Shown here: positions 25,190 through 38,049 of the stretch, one piece after another
How the letters are laid out: each line of letters starts with the position of its first letter
How positions within the stretch are numbered: the first letter of the stretch is position 1
Source: Squalus acanthias
Taxonomy: Eukaryota
DNA length: 64,000 nucleotides
NCBI GenBank assembly: GCA_030390025.1
Contig: JASTWF010000327.1
Coordinates: 372,001-436,000 of the forward strand
Direction: 5' to 3'
The notes under the pieces: generated by a model
What the model was told of the DNA's origin: nothing
What the model saw: only the letters and a program-made list of their open reading frames with translations
Databases searched by the model: none
Program-made: the position numbers and the translations under genes

Positions 25190-25845
25190 AACTTGCATTT
25201 TTATAGTGCCTTTCACAATCACCAGACGTCTCAAAGCGCTTTACAGCCAATGAAATACTTTTGAAGTGTAGTCACTGTTGTAATGTAGGAAACGCAGCAG
25301 CCAATTTTGCGCACAGCAAGCTCCCACAAAGGGATATGGGGATCTGGCAGGAAAGTGGAGTTGAGGTCAAAGATCAGCCATGATCTTATTGAATGGTGGA
25401 GCAGGCTCGATGGACCATATGGCCCACTCCTGCTCCTAATTCTTATGTTCTCAGATAAACGAGAGGTGATCTCATTGAAACATACAAGATTGAGGGGGAT
25501 TGACAGGGTAGATGCTGAGAGGTTGTTTCCCCTGGCTGGAGAGTCTAGAACTAGGGGGCATAGTCTCAGGATAAGGGGTAGGCCATTTAAGACTGAGATG
25601 AGGAGGAATTTCTTCACTCAGAGGGTTGTGAATCTTTGGAATTCTCTACCCCAGAGGGCTGTGGATGCTGAGTTATTGAGTATATTCAAGGCTGAGTTAG
25701 ATCGATTTTTGGACCCTAGGGGATTCAAGGGATATGGGGATAGTTCAGGAAAGTGGAGATGAGGTCAAGGATCAGCCATGATCTTATTGAATGGAGGAGC
25801 AGGCTCGAAGGGCCATATGGCCGACTCTAGCTCCTATTTCTTATG
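25190..25845. mobile_element. SINE 3' piece (-, 25190-25329) followed by two CR1 3' ends (+)
   Basis: Reverse complement of the SINE tail; two gatcagccatgatcttattgaatgg..ttcttatg tails. Confidence 0.75.
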
Positions 25846-25846
25846 T

Positions 25847-28093
25847 AAAACCACGTGCTCTAAATGCAGTAAGTCTGGTGACTAGAGATCTATCGCTTGC
25901 CACTCTGCCAAATGTAAAGGCAGCACGCTGCCGAAACCAGACGGCATATTCTCTTGCACGGATTGTGAGGCCATGTTTTCAACACAGAGAGGACTCAGCC
26001 AGCACAAGAGGCACAAACATCCCACCCTGAGGAATGAGAATGAAATAAGAGCACTCGTGTCCCAGAAGAGAGCCGGCAGGAAGGACTATGTCTGGTCGGA
26101 GGAGGAGACAAAACTCCTACTGGAGCTAGAAGTACAGTTCCAGGGCTGCCGAGATGTTAAAAAGAAAATCGGTAGCATTCTGAAATCTAAAACTAACAGA
26201 GGTGCCAGAGGACTGGAGGACAGCTAACGTAGTACCATTATTCAAGAAGGGTAGTAGGGATAAACCAGGGAATTACAGGCCAGTGAGCCTAACATCAGTG
26301 GTAGGGAAATTATTGGAAAAAATTCTGAGGGACAGAATTAGTCTCCACTTGGAGAGGCAAGGATTAATCAAGGATAGTCAGCATAGCTTTGTCAGGGGGA
26401 GATCATGTCTGACCAATTTGATTGAATTTTGAGAGGGGGTGACTAGGTGTGTGGATGAGGGTAGTGCAGTTGATGTGGTCTACATGGACTTCAGTAAGGC
26501 TTTTGACAAAGTCCCACATGGGAGACTGGTCAAGAAGGTAAGAGCCCATGGGATCCAGGGCAACTTGGCACATTGGATCCAAAATTGGCTTAGTGGCAGG
26601 AAGCAGAGGGTGATGGTCGAAGGTTGTTTTTGTGACTGGAAGCCTGTGTCCAGTGGTGTGCCGCAGCGATTGGTGCTGGGTCCTTTGCTGTTTGTAGTGT
26701 ATATTAATGATTTAGATATGAATGTAGGAGGTATGATCAGTAAGTTCACAGATGACACAAAAAATGGTGGGGTGGTAAATAGCGAGGAGGGAAGCATCAG
26801 GCCACAGGATGATATAGACGGGTTGGTCAGATGGGCAGAACAGTGGAAAATGGAATTTAACCCTGAAAAGTGTGAGGTGATGCATTTTGGGAGGACTAAC
26901 AAGGCAAGGGAATACACAATGAATGGTAGGACCCTAGGAAGGACAGAGGATCAGAGGGACCTTGGTGTGAATGTACATAGATCCCTGAAGGCAGCAGGAC
27001 AGGTAGATAAGGTGGTTAAAAAGGCATATGGGATACTTGCCTTCATTAGCTGAGGCATAGAATATAAGAGCAGGGAGGTTATGATGGAGCTGTACAAAAC
27101 GCTAGTTAGGCCACAGCTGGAATACTGTGTGCAGTTCTGGTCGCCACACTACAGGAAGGATGTGATTGCATTGGAGAGGGTGCAGAGGAGATTCACCAGG
27201 ATGTTACCTGGGCTGCAGCGCTTCAGCTATGAAGAGAGACTGGACAGGCTGGGGTTGTTTTCCTTAGAGCAGAGAAGGCTGAGAGGGGACCTGATTGAGG
27301 TGTACAAAATTATGAGGGGCATAGATAGGGTAGATAGAAAGGAACTTTTCCCCTTAGTAGAGGGGTCAATAACCAGGGGGCATAGTTTCAAGGTAAGGGG
27401 CAGGAGGTTTAGAGGGGATTTGAGGAAAAACTTTTTCACCCAGAGGGTGGTTGGAATCTGGAACTCACTGCCTGAAAGGGTGGTAGAGGCAGGAACCCTC
27501 ACAACATTCAAGAAACATTGAGATGAGTACTTGAAACGCCATAGCATACAAGGCTACGGACCAAGTGCTGGAAAATGGGATTAGAATAGACAGGGCTTGA
27601 TGGCCGGTGCGGACACGATGGGCCGAAGGGCCTCTTTCTGTGCTGTATAACTCTATGACTCCATGAGATTTCAGTTAAACGTCGTGTTCTCCAAAAAGCG
27701 GCTGCAAAAGCGACAACATTGGCCCCAAACAACCCCAATAGCGGGGGTGACGATCCTGGGCCCTCGGCCCCGGAGACAGATGGTGACACTGACCAACCTG
27801 TCCGGCAGAAACGGGCACTACGCCCACCAGGGAGCGCCCCAAGCACAGGGAGCTCGATGCCCAGCTCACAAGAGCTGAAGAACTCCTACGCCACAGGAAA
27901 GGCCCGGATAGCAAGGCCTTGGGCTTGGGTTTAATCGAAGGAATAACGGAGCAAGTGATCGGTAAATCTAAACCACGGAACATCACAAGATCAAAAACGG
28001 GTAGTGAGAAAAAGCATAAAGGGCGGAACATCTTAGAACTCCGGCGCCACAAAGAGATGGGCCGCTAAGAATGCGGAGTATAAACGGGTCCAG
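25847..28093 (+). mobile_element. R2 (R2A-like) retrotransposon 5' ORF fragment, pieces 25847-26201 and 27665-28093, interrupted by CR1
   Basis: CSKC..H..KC (CCHC), CTDCEAMFSTQRGLSQHKRHKHP (C2H2), WSEEETKLLLELE..KTNR|EISVKRR (Myb), then EYKRVQ. Confidence 0.75.
26202..27664 (+). mobile_element. 5'-truncated CR1 (RT to tail) inside the R2 fragment
   Basis: ORFs at 26202, 26439 and 27081 are RT pieces; tail ctctatgactccat. Confidence 0.88.
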
Positions 28094-28109
28094 AGTGTGT
28101 CCGGGATAG

Positions 28110-31100
28110 TTTTCTACAATATGTCCTAGAACCAACAAGGGGGCAGACCATATTAGATTTAGTAATGAGTAAAGAGCCAGATTTATTTAACAGGCTAACT
28201 GTGCGTGAACATTTCTCCAATAGCGATCATAACATGATCGAGTTCAATGTAGTGTTTGAAACGGAGAAACACGAAACAACTACTGAAGATTCTAGATTTA
28301 GGTAAGGCTGACTTCAAAGGGATGAGGCCGAGACTGTCCGCAGTAAACAGGGCAAATCTGTTAATGGGTAAAACGACAGAAGATCAGTGGGAGGTGTTCA
28401 AAAAAGAATTTAATGTGATACAGAACCAGCTTATACCCCCGAGGGGCAAGAGCTCTACTTGCCAAAAAAAGCCATGGACGATTAAAGAGGTAAGAGACAG
28501 CATAAGACTAAAAGAAGCATACAAAAATGCAAAAAATAGCACAGATCCTGGCGAATGGGAAAGATACAAAGAACAGCAAAGGGTAACAAAACAGATAGTA
28601 AGAGCTACAAAAAGGGAGTATGGAAAGAAACTTGCAAGGAATGTCAAAATCAACAAAAAACATGTTTACAATTATATCAGGAAAAAGATGGTGGTCAGGA
28701 GCAATGTTGGCCTCTGAAAACTGATACCGGTGATATTGTCAATGATAATAAGGAAATGACGGACATTACTTTGTGTCAGTAGAGGAAGAGGATAGCATGC
28801 CGGAAATCCCAAGGAAACTAATATTGAATCAGGGACAGGGACTCAATAAAATTAACTTAAGTAAAATAACAATAATGAAGAAAATAATGCCACTAAAGAG
28901 TGACAAATCCCCAGGACCAGTTGGTTTACACCCCAGTGTTTCAATGTAGGTGTGCACATTGCAGATGCCCGAACTATAATCCTCCAAAGTTCTCTGGATT
29001 CAGGAACTGTCCCTTTAGATTGGAAAATTGCGCATGTCACTCCACTATTTAAGAATGACAAGAGGGGGAAACCAGGGAGTTATAGACCAGTTAGCCTAAC
29101 ATCTGTTGTGGGGAAATTGCTAGAGTCTATAATTAAGGATAGGGTGACTGAACACCTCGAAATTGATCAGAGAGAGCCAGCATGGATTTTTGAAAGGGGA
29201 GGTCATGCCTGACAAACCTGATTGAGGTTTTTGAGGTGACTGAAGTAGGGGACAGGGGAATTTTTTTTGTATTCATTCCTGGGATGTGGGCATTGCCCAT
29301 CCCTAATTGCCCATCTATGGATGTTATTTATATGGACTTCCAGAAGGCATTTGATAAAGTCCCTCATAAGAGACTGTTAACTAAGGTTGAAGCCCATGGA
29401 ATTGAAGGCAAATTATTGACCTGGTTCGGAAATTGGCTGAACAGCAGGAAACAGAGTGGGGATAATGGGCAGGTACTCTTATTGGCAGGATGTGACTAGT
29501 GGTGTCTTGCAAGGATCTGTGTTGGGGCCTCAACTATTCACAGTATTTATTAACGACTTAGATGATGGCACAGAAAGCCACATATCTAAATATGCCGATG
29601 ACACAAAGATAGGCGGCATTGTAGGCAGTGTAGATGAAAGCATAAAATTACAAAGGAATATTAATAGATTAAGTGAATGGGCAAAACTGTGGCAAATGGA
29701 TTTCAATGTAGACAAATGTGAGGTCATCCATTTTGGACCTAAAAATGATCGAACAGGGTATAGAACATAGAACATAGAACAGTACAGCACAGTACAGGCC
29801 CTTCGGCCCTCGATGTTGTGCCGAGCATTGTCCGAGACCAAGATCAAGCTATCACACTCCCTATCACTCTGGTGTGCTCCATGTGCTTATCCAATAACCG
29901 CTTGAAAGTTCCTAAAGTGTCCGACTCCACTATCACAGCAGGCAGTCCATTCCACACCCCAACCACTCTCTGAGTAAAGAATCTACCTCGGACATCCCTT
30001 CTATATCTCCCCCCATGCACCTTATAGTTATGCCCCCTTGTAACAGCTGCCTCTACCCGAGGAAATAGTCTCTGAACATCCACTCTATCTATCCCCCTCA
30101 TCATCTTATAAACCTCTATTAAGTCGCCTCTCATCCTCCTCCGCTCTAAAGAGAAAAGCCCCAACTCCCTCAATCTTTCCTCATAAGACCTCCCCCCCAA
30201 ATCAGGCAGCATCCTGGTAAATCTCCTTTGCACTCTTTCCAATGCTTCCACGTCCTTCCTATAGTGAGGTGACCAGAACTGCACACAATATTCCAAATGT
30301 GGTCTCACCAAGGTCCTGTACAGTTGCAGCATAACCTCACGGTTCTTAAACTCAAACCCTCTGTTAATAAACGCCAACACACCATAGGCCTTCTTTACTG
30401 CTCTATCCACTTGAGTGGCAACCTTCAGAGATCTGTGGATATGAACCCCCAGATCCCTCTGCTCCTCCACGTTCCTCAGAACCCTGCCGTTGACCCTGTA
30501 ATCCTTATTCAAATTTGCCCTACCAAAATGAATCACCTCGCACTTATCAGGGTTAAATTCCATCTGCCATTTTTCGGCCCAGCTCTGCATCCTATCAAAA
30601 TGGTACTTTCTAAATAGTGAAAAGCTAGAAACAGTGGAGGTCCAAAGAGACTTGGGGGTCCAGGTACATAGATCATTAAAATGTCATGAACAGGTACAGA
30701 AAATAATCAAAAAGGCTATTGGAATGCTGGCCTTTATATCTCGAGCACTAGAATACAAGGGGGTAGAAGTTATGCTGCAGCTGTACAAAGCCCTGGTTAG
30801 ACCACACCTGGAGTACTGTGAGCAGTTCTGGGCACCACACCTTAGGAAGGATATATTGGCCTTGGAGGGAGTGCAGCGTAGGTTTACCAGAATGATACCT
30901 GGACTTTTACGGGGAGAGATTACACAAATTAGGGTTGTATTCCCCAGAATTTCGAAGGTTAAGGGGTGATTTGAGCAAAGTTTAAGATATTAAGGGGAAC
31001 AGATAGGATAGATAGAGAGAAACTATTTCCACTGGTTGGGGATTCTAGGATTTGGGACATAGTCTAGAAATTAGAGCCAGACCTTTCAGCAGTGAAGTTA

Positions 31101-31540
31101 GGAAACACTTCTACACACAAAGGGTGGTAGAAGTTTGGAACTCTCTTCCGCAAACGGCAATTGATGCGAGATCAATTGTTAATTTTAAATCTGAGATCGA
31201 TAGATTTTTGTTAACCAAAGGTATTAAGGGATATGGGGCAAAGGCAGGTGTATGGAGTTAGGTCACAGATCAGCCATGATCTTATTGAATGGTGGAACAG
31301 GCTCAAGGGACTAAATGGCCTCCTCCTGTTACTATGTGGGTGGTGGCGGTCTGGAACTCACTGCCTGAAAGGGTGGCAGAGACAGCATTTAAAAAGTACT
31401 TGGATATGCACTTGAAGTGCCGTAACCTACAGGGTTACGGACCAAGAGTTGAATTAGGCTGGATCGCTCTCTTTCGACCTGCACAGACATGATGGGCAGA
31501 ATGGGCTCCTTCTGTGCCGTAAGTTTCTATGATTCTAGAC
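28110..31540 (+). mobile_element. Decayed CR1 ORF2 (28110-29760 and 30600-31335) plus a further CR1 3' end (31335-31540)
   Basis: SDH, SPGP, YRPVSLTS, YADD and RPHLEYC peptides. Confidence 0.8.
29761..30597 (-). mobile_element. Young 5'-truncated CR1 with an uninterrupted 248-aa ORF2 C-terminus
   Basis: ORF 29844-30590; tail (ttctatg)n. Confidence 0.88.
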
Positions 31541-33316
31541 TGCTCACTGCTCTTTCACCTCCTGGCCCTGAATGTGCTGTGAGTGTCTATGATTCTAGAC
31601 TGCTCACTGCTCTTTCACCTCCTGGCCCTGAATGTGCTGTGTGTTTCTATGATTCTAGACTGCTCACTGCTCTTTCACCTCCTGGCCCTGAATGTGCTGT
31701 GAGTTTCTATGATTCTAGACTGCTCACTGCTCTTTCACCTCCTGGCCCTGAATGTGCTGTGAGTTTCTATGATTCTAGACTGCTCACTGCTCTTTCACCT
31801 CCTGGCCCTGAATGTGCTGTGAGTTTCTATGATTCTAGACTGCTCACTGCTCTTTCACCTCCTGGCCCTGAATGTGCTGTGAGTTTCTATGATTCTAGAC
31901 TGCTCACTGCTCTTTCACCTCCTGGCCCTGAATGTGCTGTGAGTTTCTATGATTCTAGACTGCTCACTGCTCTTTCACCTCCTGGCCCTGAATGTGCTGT
32001 GAGTTTCTATGATTCTAGACTGCTCACTGCTCTTTCACCTCCTGGCCCTGAATGTGCTGTAAGTGTCTATGATTCTAGACTGCTCACTGCTCTTTCACCT
32101 CCTGGCCCTGAATGTGCTGTGAGTTTCTATGATTCTAGACTGCTCACTGCTCTTTCACCTCCTGGCCCTGAATGTGCTGTGAGTTTCTATGATTCTAGAC
32201 TGCTCACTGCTCTTTCACCTCCTGGCCCTGAATGTGCTGTAAGTTTCTATGATTCTAGACTGCTCACTGCTCTTTCACCTCCTGGCCCTGAATGTGCTGT
32301 GAGTTTCTATGATTCTAGACTGCTCACTGCTCTTTCACCTCCTGGCCCTGAATGTGCTGTAAGTTTCTATGATTCTAGACTGCTCACTGCTCTTTCACCT
32401 CCTGGCCCTGAATGTGCTGTGAGTTTCTATGATTCTAGACTGCTCACTGCTCTTTCACCTCCTGGCCCTGAATGTGCTGTGAGTGTCTATGATTCTAGAC
32501 TGCTCACTGCTCTTTCACCTCCTGGCCCTGAATGTGCTGTGAGTTTCTGATTCTAGACTGCTCACTGCTCTTTCACCTCCTGGCCCTGAATGTGCTGTGA
32601 GTTTCTATGATTCTAGACTGCTCACTGCTCTTTCACCTCCTGGCCCTGAATGTGCTGTGAGTTTCTATGATTCTAGACTGCTCACTGCTCTTTCACCTCC
32701 TGGCCCTGAATGTGCTGTGAGTTTCTATGATTCTAGACTGCTCACTGCTCTTTCACCTCCTGGCCCTGAATGTGCTGTGAGTTTCTATGATTCTAGACTG
32801 CTCACTGCTCTTTCACCTCCTGGCCCTGAATGTGCTGTGAGTTTCTATGATTCTAGACTGCTCACTGCTCTTTCACCTCCTGGCCCTGAATGTGCTGTGA
32901 GTTTCTATGATTCTAGACTGCTCACTGCTCTTTCACCTCCTGGCCCTGAATGTGCTGTGAGTTTCTATGATTCTAGACTGCTCACTGCTCTTTCACCTCC
33001 TGGCCCTGAATGTGCTGTGAGTTTCTATGATTCTAGACTGCTCACTGCTCTTTCACCTCCTGGCCCTGAATGTGCTGTGAGTTTCTATGATTCTAGACTG
33101 CTCACTGCTCTTTCACCTCCTGGCCCTGAATGTGCTGTGAGTTTCTATGATTCTAGACTGCTCACTGCTCTTTCACCTCCTGGCCCTGAATGTGAGGTAA
33201 GTGTCTATGATTCTAGACTGCTCACTGCTCTTTCACCTCCTGGCCCTGAATGTGCTGTAAGTTTCTATGATTCTAGACTGCTCACTGCTCTTTCACCTCC
33301 TGGCCCTGAATGTGAG
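31519..33316. repeat. 60-bp minisatellite, about 30 near-identical copies
   Basis: Unit gtgagtttctatgattctagactgctcactgctctttcacctcctggccctgaatgtgct. Confidence 0.97.
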
Positions 33317-33403
33317 GCCAGCTCTAGACGAGCAGTCTCTCCTCAGTGTGATAGCGCTGGGACGTGTTCACCTTCTTGGGAGCTTAGAAAGCCCATCCCA
33401 CAG

Positions 33404-35181
33404 TCAGGATGTTAGAACGGGTCTCAGTGGGATCTCGCGGGTGTCTAAAAGGTTGGACGAGGAAGCGAACGGCTGCTCGCCAGTGTGAACTCGCTGGTGT
33501 CTGAGCAGGTTCCATGACCGAGTGAATCCCTTCCCACACTGGGAGCAAGTGAACGATCTCTCTCCAGTGTGAACTCGCTGCCGTATCAGCGGGCTGGACA
33601 ACGGAGTCAATCCCTTCTCGCCTGTGGAGTCGGTGAAAGGCCTCTCCCTGGTGTGAACTTGCTGGTGTCTGAGCAGGCTGGAGGACTGAGTGAATCCCTT
33701 CCCGCACTGGGAGCAGGTGAACGGTCTCTCTCCAGTGTGAACTCGCTGTTTCAGCTGGCTGGATGACTGAGTCAATCCCTCCCCACCTGTGGAGTCGGTG
33801 AAAGTCCTCTCCGTGGTGTGAACTTGCTGGTGTCTGAGCAGGCTGGAGGACTGAGCGAATCCCTTCCCACACTGGGAGCAGGTGAACGGTCTCTCCCTGG
33901 TGTGAATACTCTGGTGTCTGAGCAGCCTAGATGACAGAGCGAATCCCTTCCCGCACTGCGAGCAGGTGAACGGCCTCTCTCCAGTGTGAACTCGCTGTTT
34001 CAGCTGGCTGGATGACTGAGTCAATCCCTCCCCACCTGTGGAGTCGGGGAGCTGCCTCTCTGTGGTGTGAACACGCTGGTGTTGCAGCAGGTTGGAGGAC
34101 TGAGCGAATCCCTTCCCACACACGGAGCAGGTGAACGGCCTCTCCCCAGTGTGGACCCTCTGGTGTGTCAGCAGGGTGGACGAGTGACAGAAGGCTTTCC
34201 CGCACACTGAGCAGGTGAACGGCCTCTCCCCAGTGTGAACTCGCTGGTGTTGCAGCAGGTTGGATGACTGAGCGAATCCCTTCCCGCACACGGAGCAGGT
34301 GAACGGCCTCTCCCCAGTGTGGACCCTCTGGTGCGTTCGCACGTGCGACGTCTGGGCGAATCCCTTCCCACACACGGAGCAGGTGAACGGCCTCTCCCCA
34401 GTGTGAACTCGCCGGTGCGTTCGCACATGCGACATCAGGGCGAATCTCTTCCCGCACACGGAGCAGGTGAACGGCCGCGCCCCGGTGTGCGTGCTCTGGT
34501 GCATCAGCAGCTCGGACAAGCGCAGGAACCTCTTCCCGCAGCAGGAGCAGCTGTGCGGCCTCTCGTCGGTGTGAGCGCGCTGGTGCCTCATCAGGTACTG
34601 GGAGCGCTTGAAGCTCTTCCCGCAGTCGGCGCACTGGAACGGCCTCTCGTCGCTGTGAATCTGCCGGTGGGTCAGCAGGTCGGAGGAGCGAGCAAAACCT
34701 TTCCCGCACACGGGCAGACGAACGGCTTCTCCCCGCTGTGACCGCGCCGGTGGGCTTCCAGCTTGCAGGGGTGAACGAAGGCCTTCCCGCAGTCCCCGCA
34801 CTTGTAACGCCTCTCCCCGCTCTCCCTGCGCTTGTGGGCCGCCAACTGCGACGGGTAAACGAAGCCCTTCCCGCAATCCTCGCATCTGTACTGCAGGTCG
34901 CCGGTGTGACTGCGCTCGTGGCCGGCGAGCTGGTGGGGGTAAACGAAGCCCTTCCCGCAGACCTTGCACCGATGCGGCCTCTCCCCCGCGTGATCCACCC
35001 TGTGCCTGGACAGGGAGGACATGTAAATGAATCCCTTCCCGCAGTCCTCACATTTATACCGCCTCTCCCCAGTGTGGCTGCCCATGTGGCTCTCCAGACT
35101 GGAGGAGCGTCTGAACCCGCGGCCGCACACTGAACACGTGTGTGGTTTGTCTGCGCTGCGATCGCCGCTCTCTCCTTCCAT
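33404..35181 (-). CDS. ZNF gene C: about 20 finger units (~592 aa if repaired); 1-bp deletion at ~34712 makes it a pseudogene or a sequencing error
   Basis: ATG at 35181 (MEGESG), acceptor ttttacag at 35269. ORFs 34672-35322 and 33404-34969 join at FVCP|VCGKGF. Confidence 0.8.
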
Positions 35182-35376
35182 GTGCGAAGGCCGATGGTCT
35201 TCAGGTTCCTGATGAATCGAAGCGACTCGGGTCAGATCCTGACGTGATGTTTGGTTTGAGCTTCCTGTCTGTAAAATTATTTCAGAAAGGATAAGAGGGA
35301 GATTGCTTTGTTTTAAATTCATTTGCGGGATGTGGGCGTCGCTGACAAGGCCAGCATTTATTGCCCATCCCTAATA

Positions 35377-35800
35377 CTGGGCCCATACTCTCTGGAGTTT
35401 AGAAGAATGAGAGGTGATCTCATTGAAACATACAAGATTCTGAAGGGGATTGACAGGGTAGATGCTGAGAGGTTGTTTCCCCTGGCTGGAGAGTCCAGAA
35501 CTAGGGGGCATAGTCTCAGGATAAGGGGTCGGCCATTTAAGACTGAGATGAGGAGGAATTTCTTCACTCAGAGGGTTGTGAATCTTTGGAATTCTCTGCC
35601 TCAGAGGGCTGTGATGTTGAGTCTTTGAGTATATTCAAGGCTGAGAGAGAGAGAGATTTTTGGACTCATGGGGAACCAAGGGATATGGGGATTGGGTGGG
35701 AAGGTGGAGTTGAGGTCGAAGATCAGCCATGATCTTATTGAATGGCGGAGCAGGCTCGAGGGGCCGTATGGCCCACTCCTGCTCCTAATTCTTATGTTCT
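35377..35800 (+). mobile_element. CR1 3' end in the intron of gene C
   Basis: MRGDLIETYKILKG; ttcttatg tail. Confidence 0.85.
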
Positions 35801-36059
35801 TAATTGCCGCTACCTTTCTTCAAAGAGCTATCATAAAGCTTTCTACAGGCACATTAGTAGGAAGAAAAGTCACGATAGGGGTAGGGTTGCTAAGGGATGA
35901 AGGAGGCGAGTGTGTCGTGGAGAGTCAGGGAATGACAGAGATAGTAAATAAGAACTCGGTCTCAGTTTTCACCCAGGAGCTGGATATTGGGATTGTAGAA
36001 GCACCAGAGGTGGCTGGAGAACGGTTAGTGGAGGTTATCATTGAAAGAGATCGTAGGAT

Positions 36060-36238
36060 GGAGTGTACCTGTAGAATTTAGTACACATCTGAGTGTACCT
36101 GCAGCATTTAGCAAACATCTGAGTGTACCTGTAGCATTTAGCAAACATCTGAGTGTACCTGTAGCATTTAGCAAACATCTGAGTGTACCTGTAGCATTTA
36201 GCAAACATCTGAGTGTACCTGTAGCATTTAGCAAACAT
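36060..36238. repeat. 30-bp tandem repeat, about 6 copies
   Basis: Unit gagtgtacctgtagcatttagcaaacatct. Confidence 0.95.
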
Positions 36239-37119
36239 TAAGATTCTATAACCATTATATAACTATAATATGTGAAATTGTATGTTAAAAACCTAAAAAG
36301 CCTGTATAAAATGGCGAATGGCTGAGACCAAAGCAGGATGGGAAATGATGCCAACCTGACTAAAACCCTGTGTTTTAAATGACTGAAGTAATGGAATGTG
36401 GTGCTAAGTAAACACGGAGACTGTCGGGGACATGGAGTTCAGTGATGTTATGGAAAAGAGATCAGAGCGAGAGAAGAGAGAGAGGAGTTGGAGCCTTCAT
36501 TTTAGAAACTGCAGAATAGACAAACTGTTTAGAAAACACCTCAAGGATGTTCTGTAAAGTGAAGTTCTTCGATCAGGGTATTCTGTTATGCACAGAAAGA
36601 GGCCGAGTGGAACTAACGAGGTCATAAGATGATTGGCAAGGAGAGGAGGGACATTTACCAGGTGTCCGAGAGCTAATTACTGCCACGTAGGCAAAATGGG
36701 AGAAAAAGGGAATAAAAATGCAGATATTGAACATCGAAAGCAGCGCGAAACCAGAGGAGGAAGAAGAAGCTTCAGTCAACAGAACACAGCAAGAGAATAA
36801 AGAGAACGCGCCACAGTCACTGGGAAGGAACGCCGGGGTTCGATGAACAGACTGCGACTATCTTCTTGTTAATTATTACTTCTTTGTACCGGATGTTAAA
36901 TGTTTAATAAACCTGTTTTACTGATACACAATATACCTGAACCCAGAGAGGTTTGTGTCGTCACGGACAAATTATTCTAAAGAGCTTTTAAAAGCTACAA
37001 GATACGGGACTGAAGACGTTCCTCAAACGGAGGGGGGACAAATCCCAGGGACATGATGGTTTCCATCCGAGGATTCTGAGGGAAGCCGGGGGAAGGAATA
37101 ACAGAGGGTCCCCGAGTAT

Positions 37120-37462
37120 AAATTGGCTGGCGCCTTTCCCTACATTACAACAGCGACAGCAATTCAAAATCAATGAATTGGCCGTGAAGCACTTTGGGCA
37201 TCCTGGGGTCGTGAAGGGCGGCGAATAAATGCACTCTCACCTCTGAGTCAGAGGTCGTGGGTTCAAGTTCCACTCCAGAGACTTGAGCCCAAAAATCCAG
37301 GCTGACATTCCAGTGCAGTACTGAGGGAGTGCTGCACTGTCGGAGGTGCCGTCTTTCAGATGAGACGTTAAACCGAGGCCTCGTCGGATGGACGTAAATT
37401 ATCCCATGGCACTATTTCGAAGAAGATATGGGGAATTATCCCCGGTGACCTGGCCAATATTA
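37120..37462 (+). mobile_element. SINE pieces (a 3' part followed by a 5' part)
   Basis: Homology to 4406-4831; ctctgagtcagaggtcgtgggttcaag. Confidence 0.75.
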
Positions 37463-37529
37463 CTTTAAGTTCTTTGTTTCTCTTTTTCGCTCTATTTTGA
37501 CCCAGACTGTTTAACAATGGAGGGGTTAT

Positions 37530-37905
37530 CATAGAATCACAGAAATTGAGGGCAGGGAAGGCCATTCGGCCCATCGTGCCTGAGCCTAATCTCATTTTCC
37601 AGCTCTTGGTCCGTAGCCCTGTCGGTTACAGAACTTCATGTGCACATCCAAGTACTTTTTAACTGAGATGAGGGTTTCTGCCTCTACCACCCTTTCAGGC
37701 AGAAAGTTCCAGACCCCACCACCCTCTGAGTGAAAAAGTTCTCCTCAACTGCCCTGTAATCCTTCTACCAATTACTTTAAATCTATGGCCCCTGGTTATT
37801 GACCTCGCTGCTAAGGAAAATAGGTCCTTCCTACCCACTCTATCCAGGCCCCTCATAATTTTATACACCTCAATCAAGTCTCCCTCAGTCTCCTCTGTTC
37901 CAAAG
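37530..37905 (-). mobile_element. CR1 3' fragment
   Basis: IEVYKIMRGLDRV..TRGHRFK. Confidence 0.8.
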
Positions 37906-38049
37906 AGCAGTTAGTAACAGAGATTGGAGAAGTTTGGGGCTTTTGTTTGCACTGAAGCAGCGAAGGATCAGGGCCAGCCTGATGGAGGTCCTCAAGACCA
38001 TGAGGGTTATTGATCAAAGGCAAATGACAGATTCCTCTCCGGGCACCTC

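Noticed and set aside
31489..33415. 353-aa and 272-aa ORFs of repeating 20-aa units
   Set aside because: Read-through of a 60-bp minisatellite; no promoter or domain, and broken by a 2-bp deletion.
33927..35051. 374-aa alternative-frame ORF and other '[11 protein letters not shown]' ORFs
   Set aside because: Shifted frames of the zinc-finger repeats.
36240..36970. Possible solo LTR (aataaa at 36905, ends in ..aca)
   Set aside because: No convincing 5' boundary or target-site duplication found.
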